Below are positions 41,444 to 50,599 of a stretch of DNA of 53,093 bases, piece after piece. The position numbers and the translations under genes are program-made. Location of the stretch: assembly GCA_964523875.1 (NCBI GenBank), contig CAZGAS010000001.1:1-53093 (forward strand). Direction: 5' to 3'. The stretch comes from an uncultured Planctomycetia bacterium. Lineage in GTDB: Bacteria; Omnitrophota; Gorgyraeia; JABMRG01. Every line of letters begins with the position of its first letter. The stretch's first letter is position 1. The notes beneath the pieces were generated by a model. The model worked only from the letters and a program-made list of their open reading frames with translations. It did not search any database and had not been told where the DNA came from.

Positions 41444-44375
41444 TACCCTTTACAATACTCTCCTTAAACATCCTCTTTAGAGGAAAAGGGACTATCTGGT
41501 ATATCGGATCTTTAAGTGTACCTGTAAGCCTTACCTCCATTATAAGGTTACCAGCCTGGTATAGTATAGCGTTGGCTATTCTGCCGGGCTCCGTTGTCTG
41601 CTTGATAACATTTTCCGCGAACCTACCTGTAATATTAAAATCAAGTCTTGAGTCAAACCCTATGGAACCTACCCATAAGAGAGAGGCAGCCTTTGAGAGC
41701 ATCTTGAAATCCTCTGTATATATCCTGTTGTTGTTTACGGCAAAGTTTCCAAAGGCGTCGGTTAATACTATATTTTCTGGAGGTACCATCAATATGATAT
41801 CCATTATTCCGTGAAGTACAGGAAATTCCCAGAGGTACCCATCAGAGACCTGCAGCCAACCGTTGCCCTGCAAGGAATCTTTTTTATTAAGATAACCGTT
41901 TAACACTACCTTTGACGCGAAGAGCCCCTTTATTTTCTTATCCTTATCCTTAGTATCTTTTATTAATTCATGCAGGTCTATATCCTTTATATCCATATTG
42001 ATAATAAAAGGGCCCTCCTCGGTCTTAAGATTGGCCCGCGAATTTATATTTATAATGCCGCCATAAGTATAAGCGGATAATACCGGTATATCGATAAAAT
42101 TATTTTTCATCCGGTAATCCATGTAAAAGTCTTTTAGCGTAAGGCCTGCTATTCCTATAGTGCGTGACGAAGCTTCCGCGAAGAGTGTCCACTCAGCAGG
42201 CTCTTGTAAGGGGCCTTTCATATCGATTGTAAGCTTTATTGTACCATTAGGTTTTAGCCCCTTTGGCAGCTGGTTTTTTTTGGTGAATATATAAGGGGCA
42301 TCCTTCAAATTAAAATATATATTCCCTTTTATGTCCGCATAGGTAGTTTGAATATTCCTGACCTGGCCCTTGAATGAAAAGGAGGAGTTCCTGTACTGTC
42401 CTTCAAGCTTAGATACAGAGATTACCCCGTCTTTACCTGTTTTTGTTTCACATGCCGCGTTTAAGGTATCTGATCTTATGCTCGCGGTTATAGCGGGCGA
42501 AGCGAAATTATAGAGTTTTCCATCAGAGGTATATCGTTCTCCCTTGAGGTTGAATGCAAGATCTTCCCACTCGACCTGCTGGTCTTTAAAATTTATTTTG
42601 CAGTCTATTTCGGATATATTATATGGCCAATATTTAAGATTGAGCATGCCCTGTTTTAATAATAAGCTGCCTGTGTAATCATAGGTCTCTGGCTTACCGG
42701 GTGCCCCTTTAAAATCAATATCTAAGTAAGAGGTCCCTTCCGCGTTTATATCCTTGAACCTGGTTCTTATCCGCGCGGGGAGTGTTGAGATAAGCCTTGC
42801 GACTGAAAGCTCCCCGGTCTCTAAATGCAGAGACATGTCAGGGTCTTTTTTATTATAATCAAGGCTTGCGTTTAGTAGTATCTCTGTTTCCGCGGCAGTA
42901 CCAATAAGTTTTTTTATAACAATGGACTTTGTGGAAAATAATGCCTGCCCAGTCGCTTTGGATATAAAAGGTAAGAGAGCGGTGCTCTTTATCCCTGCGT
43001 TATTAAAATCAACCTTGCCTTTATATTCTGATGATTTCCAGTCGCCTGCCCTGCCGGCCGCTTCTCCGTTAATAATGAAGTCACCGTTTAATAAGATATT
43101 GTTTTGCTGGAGATGGAGCTCTTTTATCTCGGATATCCCGCCTATATTGTAAGAGCCATCTTTTTTATATTCTAGGTTCGCGTTGATTTTGGCCTCGCCG
43201 CTTTTTATCGCGATATCCAGATTATCAGATATATTTTTCAAGGAGAGATCCGTGCGCAAATTTAGCCTGGCAATAAAATCTTCATGAGGCGCTTTTATCT
43301 CACCGCTTAAGTTTAGTAGAGAACCATAGAATAGGCAGGAGATATCTGTTATGGACCAGGCCTTTTCAGTAAGGCTTAAGGCGCCTTTTATGCCGGTTAT
43401 ATTGCTAAGCAGTTCTATACTATTTGCTATCTCCGCGTCATTAATCTTAGCTTCCAATGAGTATCTTATTTTACGCGGGTCTTCTATGTCAAGACTCGCG
43501 TTTCCTTCCAATCGGCAGTTACCTGTTAAGCCCGTCTCTTTAATCCGCGCGTCTAAACCTTTAATATCTATAGCGCCTTTTGCCTCTATATTCCTAAATG
43601 ATGATACCCTACCCTTAATATTGCCCGCGGCTATACCCGCTCGTATATATCCTATATCAGCAGGCAGGTAGACATCCGCGTAATCGGCTATACTCACATT
43701 ATCAGCTTTAAGTTCAAAGGATAACTCTTTTTGCTTAATCGCGTATTTACCGGCGATATATACAGTACTATTATCAATCTTACCATTGCATCTGATGCTA
43801 AGTTTATTTGGCAGAGAAAGCCCGGCAGTTCCATCAAGTGAGGTTATCTCTTTAATTATAAGCCTTTTCTGGTAGCTGTCACTGAATAGCAGCCTGCTAT
43901 CGTTAAATGAGAACTCTTTTAGGATAAGGGCAATCCTGGAGCCTTGATTATTGTCAGGTAGGCTTTGAAGCATGGAGGCTATGTTCCAGTCTCCATTAGC
44001 GGATCTGGCCAGGTTTAGATATGCCCCTGACAGGTTTATGGATGGTATGATGACGCGTTGCTTCTTAAAGGATGGTATAATGAATACTTGAAAAAACGCG
44101 GAGTCGGCCTTAAATAGCGGGGCATCTTTATCTTCCGGGTTCTTATACATCTTGATATCTTTTAATATAAAGCCATTCTTCAGGCTGAATCTTAAGGAGT
44201 CTATGGTAACAGTATGCTTAGTGTGCTCTGTTAGCTTTTCAGTGACAAAGTCTTTCAGTCGTATTGGTATAAAGGTATTGTTTAGATAGGAGATAAGCAG
44301 GGATGCCGCTGTCGCGGATATTATTATAATAATTATGATTGTTATAAGAATTTTGTATACATGCGGTCTCCTCAT
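41412..44375 (-). CDS. AsmA/TamB-like large envelope protein
   Basis: 987 aa. A single N-terminal TM anchor, then a long beta-rich repetitive body typical of AsmA-like bridge proteins. No enzymatic motif. The family call is by architecture only. Confidence 0.55.
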   Translation of the reverse strand: MRRPHVYKILITIIIIIIISATAASLLISYLNNTFIPIRLKDFVTEKLTEHTKHTVTIDSLRFSLKNGFILKDIKMYKNPEDKDAPLFKADSAFFQVFIIPSFKKQRVIIPSINLSGAYLNLARSANGDWNIASMLQSLPDNNQGSRIALILKEFSFNDSRLLFSDSYQKRLIIKEITSLDGTAGLSLPNKLSIRCNGKIDNSTVYIAGKYAIKQKELSFELKADNVSIADYADVYLPADIGYIRAGIAAGNIKGRVSSFRNIEAKGAIDIKGLDARIKETGLTGNCRLEGNASLDIEDPRKIRYSLEAKINDAEIANSIELLSNITGIKGALSLTEKAWSITDISCLFYGSLLNLSGEIKAPHEDFIARLNLRTDLSLKNISDNLDIAIKSGEAKINANLEYKKDGSYNIGGISEIKELHLQQNNILLNGDFIINGEAAGRAGDWKSSEYKGKVDFNNAGIKSTALLPFISKATGQALFSTKSIVIKKLIGTAAETEILLNASLDYNKKDPDMSLHLETGELSVARLISTLPARIRTRFKDINAEGTSYLDIDFKGAPGKPETYDYTGSLLLKQGMLNLKYWPYNISEIDCKINFKDQQVEWEDLAFNLKGERYTSDGKLYNFASPAITASIRSDTLNAACETKTGKDGVISVSKLEGQYRNSSFSFKGQVRNIQTTYADIKGNIYFNLKDAPYIFTKKNQLPKGLKPNGTIKLTIDMKGPLQEPAEWTLFAEASSRTIGIAGLTLKDFYMDYRMKNNFIDIPVLSAYTYGGIININSRANLKTEEGPFIINMDIKDIDLHELIKDTKDKDKKIKGLFASKVVLNGYLNKKDSLQGNGWLQVSDGYLWEFPVLHGIMDIILMVPPENIVLTDAFGNFAVNNNRIYTEDFKMLSKAASLLWVGSIGFDSRLDFNITGRFAENVIKQTTEPGRIANAILYQAGNLIMEVRLTGTLKDPIYQIVPFPLKRMFKESIVKGINNIFGSIGE

Positions 44376-44541
44376 AACCCATATTATATGAAGTATTAGT
44401 CTAATTTACAAGATAATTAATATTCAGGATAAAAGGTAAAAGGAGATATAAGGCAAGGGTATCTAAGCGGGTAAAGAGATGAGAGGTTATATAGAGCATT
44501 TTTTACTGATTAACGCGTTCTTATTTGAGCCCCTTTTCTAA

Positions 44542-44570
44542 TTGACATACCTATATAGTTTATATATAAT
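44542..44570 (+). promoter_or_regulatory. consensus sigma70-type promoter for lysS
   Basis: TTGACA, a 17-nt spacer, then TATAAT. A 35-nt leader carries an AGGGAGG RBS before the GTG at 44606. Confidence 0.6.
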
Positions 44571-44605
44571 AATTAGATTAATACATAATCAGGGAGGTAT
44601 ATATA

Positions 44606-46054
44606 GTGTCAGAAGATATATTAAGTATTAGGCGTAATAAGGTCAAGGTCCTGCAGGAAAAAGGCCTAAAGCCGTTTGGCGGCCGTTTTGAGAAAACAGG
44701 TACACTGTTAAGTTTAAAGGCTGATTTTGAAGCAGGTAATATCAAAGAAGGCAGTCCTGTGAAGGTTGCCGGCAGGCTTATGAGTTTAAGAGAGCACGGA
44801 AAGAGCTTCTTCTCTGATATCAAGGACCATACAGCCAAGATGCAGTTATATACTAAGAAAGACAATATAGGCGAAGAGGCCTGGGGGCTAAAGGACTTAG
44901 TTGATATAGGTGATATAATAGGCGCGGAAGGCGAGCTTTTTAAGACAAGAACAGGAGAGGTCACTGTAAAGGTGGTGGCGTTTACCATGCTTGCCAAATC
45001 TATGCATCCTCTGCCTGAGAAATGGCATGGCCTAAAAGACATAGAGATCCGTTATAGGCAGAGATACCTTGATCTTATATCCAATGATGAGGCAAAAGAG
45101 GTCTTTTTAATAAGAAGCAGGATTGTAAGCAGTATACGAAGATTTTTTGATGAGAGGGGTTATATCGAGGTAGAGACACCTATGCTCCAGCCTATAGCAG
45201 GAGGCGCCGCGGGAAGACCTTTTAAAACCCATCATAATGTTTATGATAAAGACCTTTACCTGAGGATAGCCCCTGAGCTTTATCTCAAGAGGCTGCTTGT
45301 CGGCGGTATTGAGAGGGTTTATGAGATAAATAAGTCATTCAGGAACGAGGGCGTATCTCCGAGGCACAACCCGGAGTTTACAATGCTGGAGGCCTATACA
45401 GCGTATGCTGATTATAATGACCTTATGAGCCTGACTGAAGAGCTTGTCTCTTTTCTCGCTAAGGAGATATTAGGCAAGACTACCATAGAGTACAAGGGCA
45501 AGAGTATAGATTTAGAGCCCCCATGGGAGAGGGTCTCTTTTGCTGATATGATGAAACAGCTTTATGATGTTTCCACGGAAGATGACGCTGATACATGGGT
45601 AGCAAAGCTCAAGCAAAAAGGCATAAAACTTGAAGGTGATAAATTGAGCAAGACAAGGCTTGTTAATATCGTGGCGGATCTCATAGAGCCAAAGTCTGAC
45701 AAAGGAAAACCTGTATTTGTTACAGACTATTTCACAGAACTCTCACCTCTGGCAAAGACAAGTGAGAGCAATCCCGCTATCTCCGAAAGGTTTGAGCTCT
45801 ATATGGGTGGTATGGAGATAGCCAATGCCTATTCCGAGCTTAATAATCCGGTAGAGCAGGAGGAGAGGTTTAAGGCGCAGCTTGAGTTTGATAAGGATGC
45901 CTCAGATGTTATTGACACTGATTATGTCCGTGCCCTAGAGCATGGTATGCCGCCTGCCGCGGGGCTAGGCATAGGTATTGACAGGCTGGTCATGATACTC
46001 ACGGGACAGGAATCCATACGCGATGTAATACTTTTTCCACAACTTAAGCCATGA
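44606..46054 (+). CDS. lysS: lysine--tRNA ligase (class II)
   Basis: 482 aa. OB-fold N-domain; class II motifs FRNEG (motif 2 region) and GLGIGIDRLVM (motif 3). Confidence 0.95.
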   Translation: MSEDILSIRRNKVKVLQEKGLKPFGGRFEKTGTLLSLKADFEAGNIKEGSPVKVAGRLMSLREHGKSFFSDIKDHTAKMQLYTKKDNIGEEAWGLKDLVDIGDIIGAEGELFKTRTGEVTVKVVAFTMLAKSMHPLPEKWHGLKDIEIRYRQRYLDLISNDEAKEVFLIRSRIVSSIRRFFDERGYIEVETPMLQPIAGGAAGRPFKTHHNVYDKDLYLRIAPELYLKRLLVGGIERVYEINKSFRNEGVSPRHNPEFTMLEAYTAYADYNDLMSLTEELVSFLAKEILGKTTIEYKGKSIDLEPPWERVSFADMMKQLYDVSTEDDADTWVAKLKQKGIKLEGDKLSKTRLVNIVADLIEPKSDKGKPVFVTDYFTELSPLAKTSESNPAISERFELYMGGMEIANAYSELNNPVEQEERFKAQLEFDKDASDVIDTDYVRALEHGMPPAAGLGIGIDRLVMILTGQESIRDVILFPQLKP

Positions 46055-47241
46055 TATACGAGATAGTTATAGCGTCAAGATACCTGTTTTCAGGAAAAAG
46101 AAGACGCCTTATATCCTTTATGGGGTTTGTATCTATATTGGGGGTAGCGGTAGGTGTAGCATCACTTATAATAGTAATCGCGGTAATGAATGGTTTTGGC
46201 AGTGAACTTGAAAAAAGGATTATCGGCCAGAGCCCGTACATTATGATTGAAAAACAAGATGGTATCGCCCCGGCGCGATACAAAGAGCTCATTGGCAGGA
46301 TAGATGATATAAAAGATGTTAAAGGTTCTTACCCATTTATATGGGGCCAAGGCGTGCTCAAGTTTCGCGCGAGAGCCCAGGGGGTGATGCTACGCAGTGT
46401 AGATATCAATAACGCTACAGATGTATCGAAAATAAGGGCCCATATATACGCCGGGGGTTTCAGGCTTGGTAAAGATAAGATAATAATCGGCAATGAACTT
46501 TCAATGGTCCTGGGTGCTTTTATCGGCGATGAGCTGGAGGTTATGACCTCAGTAGTGGCCAGGCCTAAAAGATTTAAGGTTTCAGGGATATTCAATTCCG
46601 GAATGTATGAGTATGACCTTAACCTTGCGTATGTAGACCTTGATACAGCGTCGATTCTATTTGGCACCGAAACGCGTGCCCAGGGTATTGGCGTTGAACT
46701 TAATGATACCGCAAGCGCGGTTAATGTGAAGAAAGAGCTTAAGGGCCTTCTTCCTGTTTCATATATTGTCAGGACATGGATGGATCTTAACCAAAATCTT
46801 TTTTCTGCCTTGAGACTGGAGAAAATGGCAATGTTTGTAATATTGACGCTTATAGTTATAGTCGCGGCCCTTAATATTATCAGTACCCTTACGGTGATGG
46901 TGGCTGAGAAGAGAAAGGATATCGGTATCCTAAAGGCGATTGGCGCGACAAGAAAGAGAATAATGATGATATTCTCTTTTCAGGGGATTATCATAGGAGT
47001 CTTGGGCGTTACAATAGGCGCGCTAACAGGTATAGGGGTATCTCTATTGCTTGATAAGTTTCGTTTTCCTATACTGCCTGAGAGTATATATTATGGCATA
47101 AATTATCTTCCGATAAAGATAGGCCTTATAGATTCAGCCTCTATTATCGCGGCGGCGCTTATTATAAGTTTTATAGCCTCAATCTATCCGGCATACCAGG
47201 CAGCCAGGCTTAGCCCTGTAGATGCCTTGAGGTACGAGTAG
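46051..47241 (+). CDS. lipoprotein-releasing ABC transporter permease (LolC/LolE family)
   Basis: MacB/FtsX topology: TM1, a large periplasmic domain, then three C-terminal TMs with KDIGILKAIGAT. Followed directly by a LolD-like ATPase. Confidence 0.8.
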   Translation: MIYEIVIASRYLFSGKRRRLISFMGFVSILGVAVGVASLIIVIAVMNGFGSELEKRIIGQSPYIMIEKQDGIAPARYKELIGRIDDIKDVKGSYPFIWGQGVLKFRARAQGVMLRSVDINNATDVSKIRAHIYAGGFRLGKDKIIIGNELSMVLGAFIGDELEVMTSVVARPKRFKVSGIFNSGMYEYDLNLAYVDLDTASILFGTETRAQGIGVELNDTASAVNVKKELKGLLPVSYIVRTWMDLNQNLFSALRLEKMAMFVILTLIVIVAALNIISTLTVMVAEKRKDIGILKAIGATRKRIMMIFSFQGIIIGVLGVTIGALTGIGVSLLLDKFRFPILPESIYYGINYLPIKIGLIDSASIIAAALIISFIASIYPAYQAARLSPVDALRYE

Positions 47242-47916
47242 ATGTTGTTAAAGGCGGATAATATATCTAAGATATATAAAAATGGGCATAAGAGCCTCGA
47301 GGTATTGAAAAACATAAAGCTTTCAATAAAGAAAAGTGAGATAGTAGCTATAGTGGGGCCTTCCGGTGCGGGCAAATCAACATTATTGCATATACTCGCG
47401 GGCCTGGACCAGCCACAAAAAGGCAGTGTTATCTTTGATGGTATAGATATCTATGGCCTCTCAGATACTAAGAGATCGTTGATAAGGAAGAATAGAATCG
47501 GTTTTGTATTTCAGTTCTATTATCTATTATCTGAATTCAACGCGCTTGAGAATATTATGATGCCCGCTATGATAGGCACTGCTTATGATGGACGCAGGAA
47601 TGATTTTTCCGATAAGGCAAAGGCCCTGCTTGAGCGTGTACAGCTAAAGAGAAGAGCTAAGCATAACCCTTCAGAGCTATCAGGCGGGGAGGCTCAAAGA
47701 GTGGCTATTGCCAGGGCATTGATAAATGATCCTGATATAGTATTTTGTGATGAACCTACTGGAAATCTTGATTCGGAAAATGCGGGGATTGTATTGAAAC
47801 TTATAAAAGATTTGAACAAAAAGACACAACAGGCCTTTTTGATAGTGACACATAATGAGAAAGTGGCAGGCCTTGCTGAGAGAGTTTTACATATAGAGGA
47901 TGGAAGGTTAAAATAG
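47242..47916 (+). CDS. lolD: lipoprotein-releasing ABC transporter ATP-binding protein
   Basis: Walker A GPSGAGKST, signature LSGGEAQR, Walker B IVFCDEPTGNLD. Confidence 0.8.
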   Translation: MLLKADNISKIYKNGHKSLEVLKNIKLSIKKSEIVAIVGPSGAGKSTLLHILAGLDQPQKGSVIFDGIDIYGLSDTKRSLIRKNRIGFVFQFYYLLSEFNALENIMMPAMIGTAYDGRRNDFSDKAKALLERVQLKRRAKHNPSELSGGEAQRVAIARALINDPDIVFCDEPTGNLDSENAGIVLKLIKDLNKKTQQAFLIVTHNEKVAGLAERVLHIEDGRLK

Positions 47917-47923
47917 GGAGAAG

Positions 47924-48802
47924 ATGATGCCGTTAAAGATATATATTGATGGTAAATTTTATAATAAAAAAAATGCCAAGGTTTCTGTGTTCGATCATGG
48001 GCTTTTGTATGGTGATGGGGTCTTCGAGGGCATACGCTCATATAACAGGTTGGTATTCTGCCTGAAGGAACATATTGACCGCTTGTACGAATCCGCGGCG
48101 GCGATAGGGTTGAAGATACCCCTATCAAGGCATAAGATAATAAGAGCGGTATGTGATACATTAAAAAAGAACAATCTTGTGGATGGATATGTTAGGCTTA
48201 TAGTTACACGTGGTGAGGGTGACCTTGGCCTGGATCCCCGCAAATGCAGAGGCAACGCGCTTGTTATTGTCATAGCTGATAAGATAGCGCTCTATCCGAG
48301 TAAGTTTTATAATGTAGGCTTAAGCATTATTACCGCTGTTACGCGGCAGAACCCTATAGAGACTCTGCACCCGGGTATAAAGTCCTTAAATTATCTGAAT
48401 AATATTCTTGCTAAGATAGAGGCTATGAAAGGCGGCCACGAAGAGGCTATTATGCTCAATGCCAAAGGCTATGTGACAGAGTGTACAGGTGATAATATAT
48501 TTATTATAAAAAATAATGTAGTTTACACGCCCCCTGCGTCTGTTGGTATACTGAAGGGCGTGACGCGCGAGATGGTGGTTGGTATAGCTAAAAAGACGAA
48601 GATTAAACTTGTACAGGCGCCTTTTAAGTGCGATAAGATATATAAGGCAGATGAATGTTTTTTAACAGGCACCGCGGCGGAGCTTATACCTGTTGTAAAG
48701 GTTGATGGAAAAAAGATAGGTACCGGATTACCCGGAAAGATGACATCTGTATTTCTTCAGGAGTTTAGAGAGCTTACAAAGACATGCGGGGTAAGGTACT
48801 AG
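47924..48802 (+). CDS. ilvE: branched-chain amino acid aminotransferase (fold type IV)
   Basis: 292 aa. DHGLLYGDGVFEGIR, VRLIVTRGEG, KSLNYLNNILAK, ECTGDNIF. Confidence 0.8.
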   Translation: MMPLKIYIDGKFYNKKNAKVSVFDHGLLYGDGVFEGIRSYNRLVFCLKEHIDRLYESAAAIGLKIPLSRHKIIRAVCDTLKKNNLVDGYVRLIVTRGEGDLGLDPRKCRGNALVIVIADKIALYPSKFYNVGLSIITAVTRQNPIETLHPGIKSLNYLNNILAKIEAMKGGHEEAIMLNAKGYVTECTGDNIFIIKNNVVYTPPASVGILKGVTREMVVGIAKKTKIKLVQAPFKCDKIYKADECFLTGTAAELIPVVKVDGKKIGTGLPGKMTSVFLQEFRELTKTCGVRY

Positions 48803-48857
48803 ATATAAGGCACAAGGCACAGGGTGGAAGTAAAAAAGAAAAAGTAAAAAACGGGAG

Positions 48858-48906
48858 CTTAATCCTTAATTCTTACAACTTAATTCTTGTAACTTAATAC
48901 TTAATA
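48858..48906. repeat. heptanucleotide array (CTTAATN x7) upstream of mcsA
   Basis: CTTAATC CTTAATT CTTACAA CTTAATT CTTGTAA CTTAATA CTTAATA. Preceded at 48807-48827 by AAGGCAC AAGGCAC AGGGTGG. Confidence 0.85.
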
Positions 48907-48925
48907 CCAGACGATAGGAATAATT

Positions 48926-49471
48926 ATGTTATGTGATATATGCAAAAAGAGAGAGGCCACGGTCCATCTTACAGAAGTGATAAATGAGGAAGTGAGCGAA
49001 CTCCATATTTGTGAGGAATGCGCAAAGGACAAAGGCGCTCAGATGTATCAGCATTTTGGCCTGGCTGACCTGCTTTCAAGTCTCGCTGACATTCCGCATG
49101 ATACCGCGCCTAAAAAGGGGCGCATAAATATAAAATGCCCAAGTTGCGGCATGAGTTATAATGATTTTAAAAAACGCGGGCGTTTTGGTTGCGCTGATTG
49201 TTACGAAGCGTTTAAAAGGGCGTTGTACCCGCTTTTTAAAAAGATACACGGTGTATCATACCGTGCGGGCAAAGGGCCCAAGATAGCCCCTGTCGCTAAA
49301 CCCGCAATGACCAAAAAGATATCTCGTTCCAGCGCGGTTAGAGAGAACCTGCGGGAATTAAAGACGAGCTTGGCCAGGGCTATCGAGGTTGAAGCGTTTG
49401 AAGAGGCAGCGGTATTACGTGATAAGATAAGAGCGCTGGAAACGCGAAATATAAAGGCAGACAAAGAATAA
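48926..49471 (+). CDS. mcsA: McsA-like protein (zinc-finger plus UVR motif, arginine kinase activator)
   Basis: N-terminal CDIC...CEEC and CPSC...CADC zinc-finger pairs. C-terminal UVR motif EEAAVLRDKIRALE. Confidence 0.8.
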   Translation: MLCDICKKREATVHLTEVINEEVSELHICEECAKDKGAQMYQHFGLADLLSSLADIPHDTAPKKGRINIKCPSCGMSYNDFKKRGRFGCADCYEAFKRALYPLFKKIHGVSYRAGKGPKIAPVAKPAMTKKISRSSAVRENLRELKTSLARAIEVEAFEEAAVLRDKIRALETRNIKADKE

Positions 49472-49472
49472 G

Positions 49473-50522
49473 ATGAAATTTAATAATCTAATTGACCGGA
49501 CAAGTGAATGGCTTAAAGGAACCGGCCCTGAATCAGATATCGTTATCTCAAGCAGGATAAGGCTGGCCCGCAATATTGTTGGCTTAAAGTTTGTTGACTG
49601 GTCTGATACAGCGACAAAAGAGAAGGTAGTCAATATCTCCAAGGATGCCATTTCTTCCAGCAGCTATATGAAAGATTCTCTTTATGTTGATATGTCAGGC
49701 TTGAGCCCCCTTGACAGGCAGCTTCTTATAGAAAGGCACCTGATAAGCAGGGAACATGCCATAGACGCTGAATGCAAGACTGTTTTTATAAGTGGTAATG
49801 AGATAGTGAGTATTATGGTAAACGAGGAAGACCATTTAAGACTGCAGGTTATACAGTCAGGCCTGGTTCTTAATGACGCGTGGAAGATAATGACAACCAT
49901 AGAGAAGGATCTTGAAAAAAAGCTTAAATTTGCTTTTTCTGATGAGTGGGGTTACCTTACAGCGTGCCCGACAAATACAGGAACAGGTTTAAGGGCCTCT
50001 GTGATGATGCACCTGCCGGGAATAGTGATTACAAGCCAGATAAATAATTTAATCAATGCCCTATCCAAACTGGGGCTTACGGTACGTGGATTTTTTGGAG
50101 AAGGTACCGCGGCAGCGGGTAATTTCTTTCAGATATCAAATCAGGTTACTATGGGTATGGGGGAGGAAGAGATTATTGACAATCTGACAAGAGTTGTAAG
50201 GCAGATTGTTTCTCAGGAGAGAGGGTCAAGGCGATTTTTGAAGGCGCGAAAAAGGGATATTATTGAAGACAAGATATCAAGGGCCTACGCGACGCTTGAA
50301 GCGGCGCATATTATTACCAGTAGCGAAACAATTGACCTATTGTCATTGGTCAGGCTTGGTATCGGGCTTGGTGTAGTTAAGAATCTTGATATATATAAAC
50401 TTAATAAACTGCTTATGCTTATACAACCAGCGCATCTTCAAAAGCTGGCTGGAGTAGAATTGTCTTCTTCGGAAAGGGATATCAAGAGAGCGGAGCTTAT
50501 CCGCGAAAAATTAACGGTCTGA
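49473..50522 (+). CDS. mcsB: protein arginine kinase McsB
   Basis: Phosphagen-kinase-type catalytic domain: RIRLARN, NEEDHLRLQ, CPTNTGTGLRASV. Confidence 0.9.
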   Translation: MKFNNLIDRTSEWLKGTGPESDIVISSRIRLARNIVGLKFVDWSDTATKEKVVNISKDAISSSSYMKDSLYVDMSGLSPLDRQLLIERHLISREHAIDAECKTVFISGNEIVSIMVNEEDHLRLQVIQSGLVLNDAWKIMTTIEKDLEKKLKFAFSDEWGYLTACPTNTGTGLRASVMMHLPGIVITSQINNLINALSKLGLTVRGFFGEGTAAAGNFFQISNQVTMGMGEEEIIDNLTRVVRQIVSQERGSRRFLKARKRDIIEDKISRAYATLEAAHIITSSETIDLLSLVRLGIGLGVVKNLDIYKLNKLLMLIQPAHLQKLAGVELSSSERDIKRAELIREKLTV

Positions 50523-50543
50523 CAGGATCAGGATCCAGGATCT
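50523..50543. repeat. short heptad-like microrepeat
   Basis: CAGGATC AGGATCC AGGATCT immediately after the mcsB stop. Confidence 0.5.
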
Positions 50544-50599
50544 ATAGTTTAATATTAAAAACGAACGGTTTAATTTTACCTAAATTAGGAGGAGCGGCA

